Of a DNA stretch of 38,482 nt, positions 15,816-25,469 are shown piece after piece. The notes beneath the pieces are model-generated. The model made no database searches. It was not told the origin of the DNA and saw only the letters and a list, made by a program, of their open reading frames with translations. The stretch lies in the sequence record SRR2962707_4308. One strand, 5' to 3'. Every line of letters begins with the position of its first letter. Positions within the stretch are counted from its first letter, which is position 1. The position numbers and the translations under genes are program-made.

Positions 15816-16026
15816 TCACCCAAACCCCAATCAGTGGTGGTATCACCGCCGCCTAATGGCCTATTTCAGTCTGGCCTGCCTGGCCGCCTTGCTGATCGGC
15901 ATGTTCGGCAACCGGGTGCCAGAAGCCATGCTCCCCTTGGCTGAAACCTTGGCCTGGGTGTTTTCCGTGAACCTTCTGTATTACTACGGCGGGAATGCCG
16001 TCGAGTACCTCAAGGATCACAAATGA
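15802..16026 (+). CDS. Putative holin (2 TM)
   Basis: Two hydrophobic helices, lysis cassette. Confidence 0.6.
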   Translation: MVSADHPNPNQWWYHRRLMAYFSLACLAALLIGMFGNRVPEAMLPLAETLAWVFSVNLLYYYGGNAVEYLKDHK

Positions 16027-16400
16027 CTTTCAAAGTGAAACTTTTGATTGTTGGCGCGGTTCTCGGAGCTGTCGCTCTGGGTAGCTGGACGGCTCGCGGT
16101 TGGTTTGAGGACAGCAAAGACCTCGCTGCCGTTGAAGCCCAACGCGCTCTGGCTGCTGAGATTCGCGAGGGCCAGGCCGCCATCTCCAAGCAGGTAGAGG
16201 AGCGCCTCAGCCAACTGCGCGCCAATGAGCGCATCATTGATCGTGGAGTTATCCGTGAGATCCAGAAGCCTATTTATCAGCGCGTGTGTTTTGAGCCTGA
16301 GCTTGTCGAGCTGCTCAATGCTGCGCAGCGAGGCGATGCTGGGGCCAGATCAGCAGAACCTGCTGGTGAAGTGCCCCGCCCAGCTCCCAGAGTTCAGTAA
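16023..16400 (+). CDS. i-spanin (Rz-like)
   Basis: N-terminal TM, coiled coil, C-terminal Cys. Confidence 0.75.
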   Translation: MTFKVKLLIVGAVLGAVALGSWTARGWFEDSKDLAAVEAQRALAAEIREGQAAISKQVEERLSQLRANERIIDRGVIREIQKPIYQRVCFEPELVELLNAAQRGDAGARSAEPAGEVPRPAPRVQ

Positions 16401-16509
16401 TGGTCAGGCAGACACCGCCGCCAGCGTGATAACAGCCACGGCCAGCATCTACCACGACTGCGCCACCAGGCAGCGTGGATTGGTCGATGCAGTGATTGAG
16501 AGCCAGTAG
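16225..16509 (+). CDS. o-spanin (Rz1-like lipoprotein) overlapping the i-spanin; start may be GTG ~16255
   Basis: Lipobox LSSC; CP..LP and YHDCATRQ motifs; shifted frame. Confidence 0.75.
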   Translation: MSASLIVELSVRSRSLFISACVLSLSLSSCSMLRSEAMLGPDQQNLLVKCPAQLPEFSNGQADTAASVITATASIYHDCATRQRGLVDAVIESQ

Positions 16510-16889
16510 TGCCCCGCAGACCACTGAAGCCATGCGCAGCAGCAGGTTGCCATGAGCTACTGCGAGGGCAGCGCTATTGCGACAAACACCAGCCCGCCCC
16601 CAGGCAGTACAACCGAGCCAAGGAAAGGGAGCGTGGCAGCAGCACCCAACGAGGTTATGGCTACAAGTGGCGCCAAGCCCGGCGCGATTGGTTGATGGCC
16701 AACCCTCTGTGTGCTGAGTGCAGCAAGCAAGGCCGAATCACAGCAGCAACAGATGTTGATCACATCACCCCCCACAGAGGCGACCTGAAACTCTTCTGGA
16801 GCCGCTCCAACTGGCAGTCACTCTGCCACCCATGCCACTCACGAAAGACCGCGAGAGAGGACGGAGGGTTCGGCAACGATCGAGGCTGA
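16509..16889 (+). CDS. Terminase-associated HNH endonuclease (HK97 gp74-like)
   Basis: RGYGYKW...PLCAEC...VDHITPHRGD...NWQSLCHPCHSRKT. Confidence 0.92.
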   Translation: MPRRPLKPCAAAGCHELLRGQRYCDKHQPAPRQYNRAKERERGSSTQRGYGYKWRQARRDWLMANPLCAECSKQGRITAATDVDHITPHRGDLKLFWSRSNWQSLCHPCHSRKTAREDGGFGNDRG

Positions 16890-16985
16890 GGGCCCCGGGG
16901 GTGGTCAAATCTCTACAGGTCACAAGACCTCGACCGCGTGCCCTAGCCAGATTTTTATGCGTGAGAAATAACGAAACTTTTTTGG
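16890..16985 (+). other. Probable cos packaging region
   Basis: Gap between HNH and terS with G-run, GACCGCGTGCCC core and T-tracts as in HK97-like phages; exact cut site unknown. Confidence 0.55.
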
Positions 16986-16994
16986 GAGGCCCTG

Positions 16995-17441
16995 GTGAAC
17001 AACAACGCCCCGGTTCGTGCCTCCGGCGGAGGGCGGAAAAGGAAGTCGCTCGGCACACAGAAAAGCTCGATCACTCGGATTAACCCGCCAGATGAATTGA
17101 TGGGCGAGGCGGCCCGCCGGATCTGGAAACAACAATCGAAAGTTCTGATTGATCGCGGCACCTTCGAGGTCGAAGACGCCCCACTCCTGCAAGCCTACTG
17201 CAACGCCTGGCAGTTGATGCTCGATGCTGAAACCAGAATCGCCAAGGAAGGATTAACGCTGCCCACCGCTGACGGCAGCGAGAAGATGCACCCAGTCATC
17301 AACGTGCGAGACAAATCAGTGCAGCAACTTTCGAGGCTCGGCTCTTTGCTCGGCCTGGATCCGCTCACCCGCCATCGGATGCTCGGTGGCGGAGCGAACG
17401 ACGATGGCAAAAACGAGGGCAACGAATTCGACGAGTTCTAA
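16995..17441 (+). CDS. terS: Terminase small subunit (P27 family)
   Basis: YCNAW...KMHP...LGLDPLTR. Confidence 0.92.
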   Translation: MNNNAPVRASGGGRKRKSLGTQKSSITRINPPDELMGEAARRIWKQQSKVLIDRGTFEVEDAPLLQAYCNAWQLMLDAETRIAKEGLTLPTADGSEKMHPVINVRDKSVQQLSRLGSLLGLDPLTRHRMLGGGANDDGKNEGNEFDEF

Positions 17442-17444
17442 CCT

Positions 17445-19163
17445 ATGAGCGCCTACCCGAATGTGAACGCGGCGCAGAAGTACGCCCGCGACGTGGTAGG
17501 GGGCCGGATCGTCGCCTGCAACTACGTGAAGGCAGCTTGTGCCCGACACCTCAACGATCTGAAAGCCGCGAAGGCGAAGAGCTACCCCTACCGGTTCGAC
17601 CGGGATCTGGCGGAGCGGGCGTGTCGATTCGTCCAGCTGCTGCCCCACACCAAAGGTGAGTGGGCCCGCGGCAATCAGAGAATCGTTCTCGAGCCTTGGC
17701 AGCTGTTCAGCTTTGCAATGGTGTTCGGGTGGGTTCGCAAGAAAGACAAGCTCCGGCGGTTCAGGGAAGTCTACGAGGAAGTTCCCAGGAAGAACGGCAA
17801 ATCGATCAAGGTAGCCGGTGCGGGGCTGTACGCCTTCTGCGCAGATAACGAATACGGCGCCGAGGTTTACTGCGGTGCCACCAGCGAGAAACAGGCATGG
17901 GAGGTTTTCCGCCCTGCCCTCAAAATGGCCCGCCGGCTCCCAAACCTGCGCAAGCGATTTGGCATCGTTCCCTGGGCTAAAAAACTGGAACGGGCTGACG
18001 GTTCTGTATTTGAGCCGGTGATAGGCGATCCCGGCGACGGCTCCAGTCCGTCAATGGCCATAGTGGATGAATACCACGAACATCCGGACTCCCGCCTTTA
18101 CGACACGATGATCACCGGCATGGGCGCACGATCCCAGCCGCTGATGTGGGTGATCACAACCGCCGGCTTCGATATCGCGGGCCCGTGCTACGAAATGCGG
18201 GAACGCGCCATCGAGATGCTGGAAGGAACCAGCCAGGACGATGAGCTGTTCGCGATCATTTACACGATCGACCCCGGCGACGACTGGACGAGCGACGAGG
18301 CGATTCTCAAGGCCAACCCGAACGCCGGGGTTTCAGTAAAGCTCGACTACCTCCGCAGCCAGCGGGACAAGGCAGTGGCGCGGGCAAGGCTGGCCAACAA
18401 GTACAAAACCAAGCACCTCAATGTGTGGGTTTCCTCGAAAGAGGCATTCTTCAACATGGAGGATTGGAAGCGCTGCGAAGACCGGTCTCTAACGATCGAC
18501 CAGTTCCGCGGCGAAGAGTGCATCCTCGCGTTCGACCTGGCCCGCAAGCTGGACATGAACTCCATGGCCCGGGTGTTCCGAAAAGTGATCGACGGCAAAA
18601 CGCATTACTACAGCGTGGGGCCTCGATTCTGGGTGCCAGAAGATACCGCCTTCGATAACGAGGACCGCCGGATCAGCGAGCGGTTCCAGGGCTGGATTGA
18701 GTCGAAGCACCTGGACGCGACGGACGGCAGCGAGGTGGATTATCGGGAAATTCTGGAGTGTGCCAAGGAAGCGAACCTTGAGACGCCAGCACTGGAATGC
18801 CCAATCGACCCACACGGCGCCACCAACCTTTCGCACCAGCTGGACGACGAAGGCCTGAACCCGGTCACCATAGTTCAGAACTACACCAACATGTCGGACC
18901 CCATGAAGGAACTGGAAGCGGCGATCGTCTCTGGCCGGTTCCACCATGATGGCCACCCGATCATGACCTGGTGTGTTGGCAACGTGGTTGGCAAGTATCT
19001 GCCCGGCAACGACGACGTGGTTCGTCCTATCAAGCAGGGCGATCACAACAAGATTGACGGCGCGGTGGCGCTAATCATGGCCATTGGCCGTGCACTGGCT
19101 CACGCCCAAGTAGGCGAGAGCGTGCTCGACACCCTCTCCGACGACGACATTCTGGTGATGTGA
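17445..19163 (+). CDS. terL: Terminase large subunit
   Basis: Walker A PRKNGKS; Walker B IVDEYH; ITTAG; KIDGAVA. Confidence 0.97.
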   Translation: MSAYPNVNAAQKYARDVVGGRIVACNYVKAACARHLNDLKAAKAKSYPYRFDRDLAERACRFVQLLPHTKGEWARGNQRIVLEPWQLFSFAMVFGWVRKKDKLRRFREVYEEVPRKNGKSIKVAGAGLYAFCADNEYGAEVYCGATSEKQAWEVFRPALKMARRLPNLRKRFGIVPWAKKLERADGSVFEPVIGDPGDGSSPSMAIVDEYHEHPDSRLYDTMITGMGARSQPLMWVITTAGFDIAGPCYEMRERAIEMLEGTSQDDELFAIIYTIDPGDDWTSDEAILKANPNAGVSVKLDYLRSQRDKAVARARLANKYKTKHLNVWVSSKEAFFNMEDWKRCEDRSLTIDQFRGEECILAFDLARKLDMNSMARVFRKVIDGKTHYYSVGPRFWVPEDTAFDNEDRRISERFQGWIESKHLDATDGSEVDYREILECAKEANLETPALECPIDPHGATNLSHQLDDEGLNPVTIVQNYTNMSDPMKELEAAIVSGRFHHDGHPIMTWCVGNVVGKYLPGNDDVVRPIKQGDHNKIDGAVALIMAIGRALAHAQVGESVLDTLSDDDILVM

Positions 19164-19340
19164 ATGCGCACTTACCTGATCGACACCCTGGGCCTGACCG
19201 GCTTCGGGGCGATGACCTATGGCCTGTATCTCCGTTTCGGCCTCGCGGACGCCCTTATCGCTGCCGGCGGCATGATGCTGGTCATGGCTTTGGCAGCCGC
19301 CCGGGCGTCCAAACGCAACGCTGGCGGAGGTAAGAAATAA
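19164..19340 (+). CDS. Small 2-TM protein between terL and portal (58 aa, absent from the ORF track)
   Basis: MRTYLIDTLGLTGFGAMTYGLYLRFGLADALIAAGGMMLVMALAAA...; abuts both neighbours. Confidence 0.75.
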   Translation: MRTYLIDTLGLTGFGAMTYGLYLRFGLADALIAAGGMMLVMALAAARASKRNAGGGKK

Positions 19341-20575
19341 TGCTCGAGTCTCTTTTCGCCTCCGAGGCCCGTTCGATCGAGAACCCGGACACCCCGCTGA
19401 CCGGCCAGAACCTTGATGAGTATCTGCAGGGCGACAGCGGCATCACCGTGGACAACCACTCAGCCTTAACGCTTTCAGCTGTGTACTCCTGCATCTACGT
19501 GCTGTCGTCATCCATTGGCCAGCTGCCGCTCCACGTTATGCGCAAGCAGGGCAACAACATCGAGGCCGCCAAGGACCACCCGGCTTATTGGCTTCTGCAC
19601 GACGAGCCCAACACCTGGCAGACCAGTTACAAGTGGCGAGAAACAAAACAGGCGCACGTCCTTGGTTGGGGCAACGGCTACACACAAGCCATTCGCAGCC
19701 CTCGCGGCGAGCTCCGGGAATTGGTAACGCGGCGCCCCTGGGAGACCCAGCTGGTCAAGAACGGTAACCGCTGGCTATTCGCTGTAAACGAGGAAGACGA
19801 AGGCAGCCGAGCGGTGGCGCTGGAAGACATGATCCACGTTCGAGCTCTGGGCTCCGATGGCCGCACCGGGAAGAGCCTGATTCGCCAGCACGCCGAAACC
19901 ATCGGCCTGGGGCTGGCGGCTCAGCGGTATGGCAAGGATTTCTTCACTGGTGGAGGCAGGCCGACAGGGCTGGTGACCGTAAAAAATGCCCTGCAGAAAG
20001 ACAGCTGGACGCGCCTGAAAGAGGCATGGCAGGGCGCTGTCTCCCGCCTGAAAGCCAGTGAAAACAAAACCCTATTACTCCCGGCGGATCTCGATTACAA
20101 GTCGATCACCATCCCGCCAGAAGACGCGCAGTTCCTGGAAACCCGGAAGCTGAATCGCTCCGAAGTGGCCGGCATCTTTAACGTCCCGGCCCACATGATC
20201 AATGACCTGGACAAGGCCACCTTCTCCAATATCAGCGAACAAGCCATCCAGTTCGTCCGGCATACCATGATGCCGTGGATCGTGAACTGGGAGCAGGAAA
20301 TTAACCGGCGGGTTTTCACCCGAGCAGAACGGGCCGCTGGCTATTACGCCAAGTTCAATCTGGCAGGCCTGCTCCGCGGTACCGCCAAGGAGCGCGCCGA
20401 GTTCTACCACTACGCCATCACCGATGGCTGGATGGACCGCAACGAAGCCCGAGTGCTGGAAGACATGAACCCGCGTGACGGCCTCGACCAGATGCTGGTC
20501 AGCGTCAACGCCCAACCCCTGAGCAATCTGAACAACTCCAACACCCCCAACGATGACGAGGAACCCACCTCATGA
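19340..20575 (+). CDS. HK97-family portal
   Basis: SAVYSCI...QLPLH; DAQFLETRK...IFNVP; FSNISEQ; NEAR. Confidence 0.96.
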   Translation: MLESLFASEARSIENPDTPLTGQNLDEYLQGDSGITVDNHSALTLSAVYSCIYVLSSSIGQLPLHVMRKQGNNIEAAKDHPAYWLLHDEPNTWQTSYKWRETKQAHVLGWGNGYTQAIRSPRGELRELVTRRPWETQLVKNGNRWLFAVNEEDEGSRAVALEDMIHVRALGSDGRTGKSLIRQHAETIGLGLAAQRYGKDFFTGGGRPTGLVTVKNALQKDSWTRLKEAWQGAVSRLKASENKTLLLPADLDYKSITIPPEDAQFLETRKLNRSEVAGIFNVPAHMINDLDKATFSNISEQAIQFVRHTMMPWIVNWEQEINRRVFTRAERAAGYYAKFNLAGLLRGTAKERAEFYHYAITDGWMDRNEARVLEDMNPRDGLDQMLVSVNAQPLSNLNNSNTPNDDEEPTS

Positions 20576-21174
20576 GCGAAGTCGAGAAGCGCGCCCTTCT
20601 GTGTGAGGTGCGTGCCGAAGAAACCGAGGAAGGACAACCCGCCCGCATCGTCGGGCACGGTGCCGTCTTCAACAAGCGCAGCGACATGATTCTCGGCATG
20701 TTCAAAGAGGAGATCGCCCCGGGCGCCTTCGATGATGTGCTCGGTGACGACGTGCGCGCTCTGTTCAACCACGACCCCAACTTCGTGCTGGGCCGAACCC
20801 TCAGCGGAACTCTTGAGCTGTCCGTGGATTCAGAGGGCCTTCGCTACGACATCAACCCGCCAGATACCCAGTCTGTTCGCGATCTGGTTCTGGCACCGCT
20901 GGCCCGGGGTGATATCACCGGTTCCAGCTTCGCGTTCCGAGTTGCCCCCGATGGCGATGAATGGCGCGAAGAAGACGACGGCCTGATTGTGCGGACCATT
21001 CGCCGCTTCAGCCGGTTGCTCGACGTTTCGCCGGTGACTTACCCGGCGTACCCGGATGCGGGCGCTGCCAAGCGCTCCCTCGAAGCTCGCTGTGCCGAGA
21101 TTCAAAACCTCGCTCAGCGAGCAATCAATCAGCGCCGCGCCCGCGAGCGCTTCCTTGAACTCATCCACGCCTGA
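20572..21174 (+). CDS. HK97-family prohead protease
   Basis: ALFNHD...LGRT; SFAF; DVSPVTYPAY. Confidence 0.95.
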   Translation: MSEVEKRALLCEVRAEETEEGQPARIVGHGAVFNKRSDMILGMFKEEIAPGAFDDVLGDDVRALFNHDPNFVLGRTLSGTLELSVDSEGLRYDINPPDTQSVRDLVLAPLARGDITGSSFAFRVAPDGDEWREEDDGLIVRTIRRFSRLLDVSPVTYPAYPDAGAAKRSLEARCAEIQNLAQRAINQRRARERFLELIHA

Positions 21175-21206
21175 ACCTCAAACAGCGCCCCGGAGGGCTG
21201 AACAAC

Positions 21207-22433
21207 ATGAAACTTCATGAATTGAAGCAAGCTTACAACGAAGTCGCCCGCAACATGCGCAACCTGCATGACAACATCGGCGATAACACCTGGACTGACG
21301 AACAGCGCAGCCAGTGGACCGAAATGAAGAAGAAGCTGGACGGCTTCGACGAGCAGATCAAGCGCGAAGAGGCCCTTCGTGATGCAGATCAGCGCTTCGT
21401 GGAGGAGCACGAAGAAGAGCATCGCAACAACCAGGAAAGCGAAGAACGCGGCGGAGAGTCTGCTGACGAACAGCGTGCCGCTGCCTTTGATGCTTTCCTG
21501 CGTCAGGGCATGAGCGAAATGACCACCGAGCAGCGCCAGATCCTTCGCGAGATGCGCGCTCAGGCAACCAGCCCCGGTGAGAAAGGTGGCTATACCGTAC
21601 CGACCCAGATGCTGAACATGATCTACGAATCCATGAAGGATTATGGCGGCCTTGCCGGTGTGGCCCAGATCATGACCACCGACAGCGGGAACCCGATCGA
21701 ATGGCCAACCAGCAATGGTACTGCCGAAGAGGGCGTGCTGCTGGGCGAGAATCAGGAAGCTGCCGAAGAGGATGTCGAATTCGGCATGGAGACTTTGGGC
21801 GCTGTGAAGCTCACATCCAAAGTGATCCGCGTGTCCAATGAGCTGCTGAACGACTCCGGCGTGAACATCGAGGCGTTCCTGGCAAATCGCATCGGTCAGC
21901 GCATTGGTCGCGGCGAAGCCAAGTATCTGGTTCAGGGTACCGGTGCCGGAACTCCGAAACAGCCCAACGGCCTGCAGTCCGCCGTTACTGGTGTCACAAA
22001 TGTGGCTGCCAATAACGAGTTCACCTGGCAGGAGATCAACGCCCTCATCCACTCCATCGATCCGGCATACCGCCGCGCCGCTGGCTTCCGCATCGGCTTC
22101 AACGACAACACCCTGAAGCTGTTGACGGAAATGGAAGACAACCAGGGCCGTCCGCTTTGGCTGCCTGCCGTTGCCGGCGCCGCGCCAGCCACCATCCTGA
22201 ACCGGGAATACTTCGTCGACCAGGGCATTGACGATATCGCCGACAACGCCAAGTTCATGTACGCGGGTGATTTCAAGCAATTCATCATCCGCCGCGTGCG
22301 CTACATGGTGTTGAAGCGTCTGGTTGAGCGTTACGCCGAATTCGATCAGACCGGCTTCCTGGCATTCCACCGCTTTGACTGCGTTCTGCAAGACACCGCC
22401 GCAATCAAGGCGCTGGCCGGCCCGGTCGTTTAA
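21207..22433 (+). CDS. HK97-family major capsid protein
   Basis: N-terminal coiled-coil delta domain; GGYTVP; VSNELLND. Confidence 0.96.
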   Translation: MKLHELKQAYNEVARNMRNLHDNIGDNTWTDEQRSQWTEMKKKLDGFDEQIKREEALRDADQRFVEEHEEEHRNNQESEERGGESADEQRAAAFDAFLRQGMSEMTTEQRQILREMRAQATSPGEKGGYTVPTQMLNMIYESMKDYGGLAGVAQIMTTDSGNPIEWPTSNGTAEEGVLLGENQEAAEEDVEFGMETLGAVKLTSKVIRVSNELLNDSGVNIEAFLANRIGQRIGRGEAKYLVQGTGAGTPKQPNGLQSAVTGVTNVAANNEFTWQEINALIHSIDPAYRRAAGFRIGFNDNTLKLLTEMEDNQGRPLWLPAVAGAAPATILNREYFVDQGIDDIADNAKFMYAGDFKQFIIRRVRYMVLKRLVERYAEFDQTGFLAFHRFDCVLQDTAAIKALAGPVV

Positions 22434-22499
22434 TCGGCTGGCGGTTCCGAACCGGCTGGTCCCGCTACGTTGGGGCCAGCCTTCACTTGAGACTGTCAC

Positions 22500-22847
22500 A
22501 TGCTCGAACTGGACATCATCAAGCCGCACCTTCGGTTGGAGCTGGACGACTCCGAAGAAGACGCGCTGCTAGAAACCTACGCAACGGCTGCACAGCGCTA
22601 CGTCGAGAATCACATCGGCCGGAACCTGTATGCCACCGCAGGAGAGATCCCCAAGGATCCGGAAACCGGAGAACCAACAGACGACCACGCCCTGGTGCTT
22701 GATGACGACATCACGGCAGCAATGCTGTTGCTGATCGGCCACTGGTACGTGAACCGGGAAAGCGTCGTGGTTGGATCAATCACCGCCGAGGTGCCGATGG
22801 CGGTAGATGCGCTGATCTGCCCTTACCGTCACTTTCACTTCGCTTAG
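22500..22847 (+). CDS. Head-tail connector (gp6-like)
   Basis: KPHLRL...LLLIGHWYVNRE. Confidence 0.92.
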   Translation: MLELDIIKPHLRLELDDSEEDALLETYATAAQRYVENHIGRNLYATAGEIPKDPETGEPTDDHALVLDDDITAAMLLLIGHWYVNRESVVVGSITAEVPMAVDALICPYRHFHFA

Positions 22848-22858
22848 AGGAATCGAAC

Positions 22859-23110
22859 ATGACTCGCAAAAACCAGAAGACCGAACCAGCTCCAACTGAG
22901 GAAGCCGTCAAAACGGAACAGTCTGAATCAGCCGAGCAACAGGCGCCGCGTTCTGCTGGAAAGACCGGAGCAAAAACCAGCGCCGGTTACGTCGAAGCAA
23001 AACTGAAAGCCCGCCACTGCAGCGGTGGACGCTGCAAAGAAAAGGGCGAAACCATGCGCATGACCCGCGGGGAATACGAGCGCCTGAAGAAATACGACCG
23101 GGTAGAGTGA
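22859..23110 (+). CDS. Small hypothetical virion-module protein
   Basis: GAGG SD, in operon. Confidence 0.65.
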   Translation: MTRKNQKTEPAPTEEAVKTEQSESAEQQAPRSAGKTGAKTSAGYVEAKLKARHCSGGRCKEKGETMRMTRGEYERLKKYDRVE

Positions 23111-23111
23111 G

Positions 23112-23633
23112 ATGCGAGCGGGCCACCTGAGAACACGCTTGAGCATTCTGGATGCTGGGGTAGAAGTCGGCAAAGTCTGGGCCGACGTTCGCCCTCCCAC
23201 TGAATCAGGTGAGGCCAAGGGGCTCCGCGAATCGGGTTCAACCAAGGTCATTATCCGCCCGCGCCCAGGCATCCGCCCCGGGCTGGTTCTTTCGGGCAAG
23301 GGGTACGTACTGGTGATCGAAGCAGCCGGCGATCACCTTGCCCGCGGTCGCGACCTGCATATCACCTGCACCCGCCTACTCGGTACTCCGGGCACTTACA
23401 CCAAGCACGACGGCACACAGATTAATGTGCTGGCCCACGTTTCGGTGAACACCCCATACATCGGCCTGAATGGCCAGCTGATAGACTTCCGGTATCGGAT
23501 AGAAGTGCCTAGTTATCAAGTGCCGGCCAACTGGCAGCCCGGTGACAAGATCACCGTGCCCGGCGGCGAGTATGTGCTGACCGGGCTGGCGGAAGATTCC
23601 GGGCACGGACAAATTACGGCATACACGGCATGA
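23112..23633 (+). CDS. Head closure/adaptor protein with extra C-terminal domain
   Basis: MRAGHLRTRLSI...VWADVRP N-terminus. Confidence 0.6.
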   Translation: MRAGHLRTRLSILDAGVEVGKVWADVRPPTESGEAKGLRESGSTKVIIRPRPGIRPGLVLSGKGYVLVIEAAGDHLARGRDLHITCTRLLGTPGTYTKHDGTQINVLAHVSVNTPYIGLNGQLIDFRYRIEVPSYQVPANWQPGDKITVPGGEYVLTGLAEDSGHGQITAYTA

Positions 23634-24187
23634 TTTACACCCTGCAAACCCAAGGTGCCGATCGACTGGCCAAGCTCCTGGGGGCACTGCCAAAGGAAAC
23701 CGACCGAGCTCAGCGCAACGCACTGAACGCAGCCGCAACGGAGTTCAAACGCGACTTTGTAGAGCAAATCAGCGCCGGCACAGGCCTGAAGAAAAAGCTG
23801 GTTCGCCAAGGTATCCGCGTGAGCCGTGCCAAGCGCGCCACCAGCGAGGCCCGGATTATCCCGGACAGTCAGGGCCTACCCATTACCGAATACACCTGGC
23901 GCCCAGAACCTGCCGGCCACCCTACCCGGGCGCGGATTCTGATCCGATGGTTTGGCGGCTGGAAGGTGGCAGCCGGCTTTATCAACCCGGAATCCGACCG
24001 CCCCATCCCGCTGAAGACGATCACCAGTCGCGGCCGATCCCGACGGCCAATGCTGGCCCACGGCGTGAGCATCGCAGCCGCATTCAAGCACGTCAGAGAC
24101 GACGATCGAAAGATGGAGGCCTACGCGGCCCGGCTGGCGGAAATCTTTGAAGGGAAGCTCGAAGACCAAATCAACCAGAGAGCGTGA
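23630..24187 (+). CDS. Neck/tail completion protein (lambda Z-like)
   Basis: Basic protein, RNALNAAA, position. Confidence 0.6.
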   Translation: MIYTLQTQGADRLAKLLGALPKETDRAQRNALNAAATEFKRDFVEQISAGTGLKKKLVRQGIRVSRAKRATSEARIIPDSQGLPITEYTWRPEPAGHPTRARILIRWFGGWKVAAGFINPESDRPIPLKTITSRGRSRRPMLAHGVSIAAAFKHVRDDDRKMEAYAARLAEIFEGKLEDQINQRA

Positions 24188-24651
24188 CCATGGCAGACCC
24201 CAAATCCCTGAGAGTGGTGAAGGCCGTTCAAGGGGCGCTCGAACAAATCCAGAAGCCCGACTACAACACCGATGCCGGCCAGCGCATCACCCGAGGCCGC
24301 CGCCGGATCAGCACCAACGAAACCTTCCCCTTGATCATTATCCACGAAGGTGAAGAGGAAGTGATTAAGCGGGCGGGAGTGGACCAGGTTCAGAACCGCC
24401 TGAACATCACCGTGGAGGGCTGGGTGCAGGCTGACCCGATCAACCCGCTCGATGATGCCCACCTGCTACTGGCTGACATTCAGAAATCCCTGTTTCCGGC
24501 CCTGGAAAGCCGAACTAATCCGGGGCTGCTTGTGCAAGTGCAATACCTGGGGCGAGTCATCGACCCGCCCGAAGACGGTTCCCGTTCCTGTTCTGTCTCT
24601 GTCCTGCTCGCCATTGACTGGACAGAACATCTCACCGACCCCACGAAATAA
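24184..24651 (+). CDS. Tail terminator protein
   Basis: Size and position before major tail protein; YNTDAG...LLADIQK. Confidence 0.65.
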   Translation: MTMADPKSLRVVKAVQGALEQIQKPDYNTDAGQRITRGRRRISTNETFPLIIIHEGEEEVIKRAGVDQVQNRLNITVEGWVQADPINPLDDAHLLLADIQKSLFPALESRTNPGLLVQVQYLGRVIDPPEDGSRSCSVSVLLAIDWTEHLTDPTK

Positions 24652-24663
24652 GAGGATCGACCC

Positions 24664-25398
24664 ATGGCTGAGCAAATCAACGAGGCGTATATCGGCTCCG
24701 GTATCGTCTACATCAACGGCCGCGATGTCGGCAACTGCTCCAACGTGAACTTTGCGATCGAGCAGGAAACCCAAACCCAGCGGAACTATCGGGGCGGCGG
24801 CGGCAACTTTGCCTCTGTGACCACCGTAAGTGCCGTGAATCTGTCTATGGAACTGGCCAACTTCAGTAACGCCAACCTGGCGCTGGCGCTTCGCGGTGTC
24901 GTTGAAAGCGTAGCGGCGGGTCAGGTTGCCGATGAGTCGGTTGTGGCGGTTGCTGGCGGTTTGGCTGAGACATCCAAGATGATCGACCTTTCCGATACTG
25001 CCAACACCGTAACCGTGAAGGATGAGACAGACCAGACCACTTACGTTGCAGGTACCGACTACGAGGTTACCGCTGCCGGCCTGAAGATCCTGTCTGGCGG
25101 CAATATCACTGACGGCGAAACGTTGAAAGTGAGCTACGACAACCAGGGCACCAACGTTCTGCAGGCTCTGATCGACTCCGGTCAAGAAGTGCGCGTGGTG
25201 CTGGATGGTATCAACGACGCGACCGGAAAGCCGGTTACCGTCAAGGTACACCGCTGGAAGCCGTCGCCAACCTCTGGCCTTGGTCTGATCTCCGACAGCT
25301 TCGCAACCTTCACCATTGAAGGTGAAGTGCTGGCGGATGAAACCATCCAGGCTGCTGGCAAATCCAAGTTCTTCACCCGCGCCGCAGCTGCAGCGTAA
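24664..25398 (+). CDS. Major tail protein
   Basis: YIGSGIVY...VGNCS; GGG; position before TMP. Confidence 0.85.
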   Translation: MAEQINEAYIGSGIVYINGRDVGNCSNVNFAIEQETQTQRNYRGGGGNFASVTTVSAVNLSMELANFSNANLALALRGVVESVAAGQVADESVVAVAGGLAETSKMIDLSDTANTVTVKDETDQTTYVAGTDYEVTAAGLKILSGGNITDGETLKVSYDNQGTNVLQALIDSGQEVRVVLDGINDATGKPVTVKVHRWKPSPTSGLGLISDSFATFTIEGEVLADETIQAAGKSKFFTRAAAAA

Positions 25399-25469
25399 AA
25401 GCCTGACCAACCGGTGGGGCCACCCGGCCCCACCACTCCCCCTCCCCTTGCTGTTCTGCTGAGACTGAC

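Noticed and set aside
21129-22529. 466-aa minus-strand ORF (also 24466-25488, 26538-27464, 28789-29586, 34655-35449)
   Set aside because: Antisense shadows of GC3-rich structural genes with no recognisable motifs
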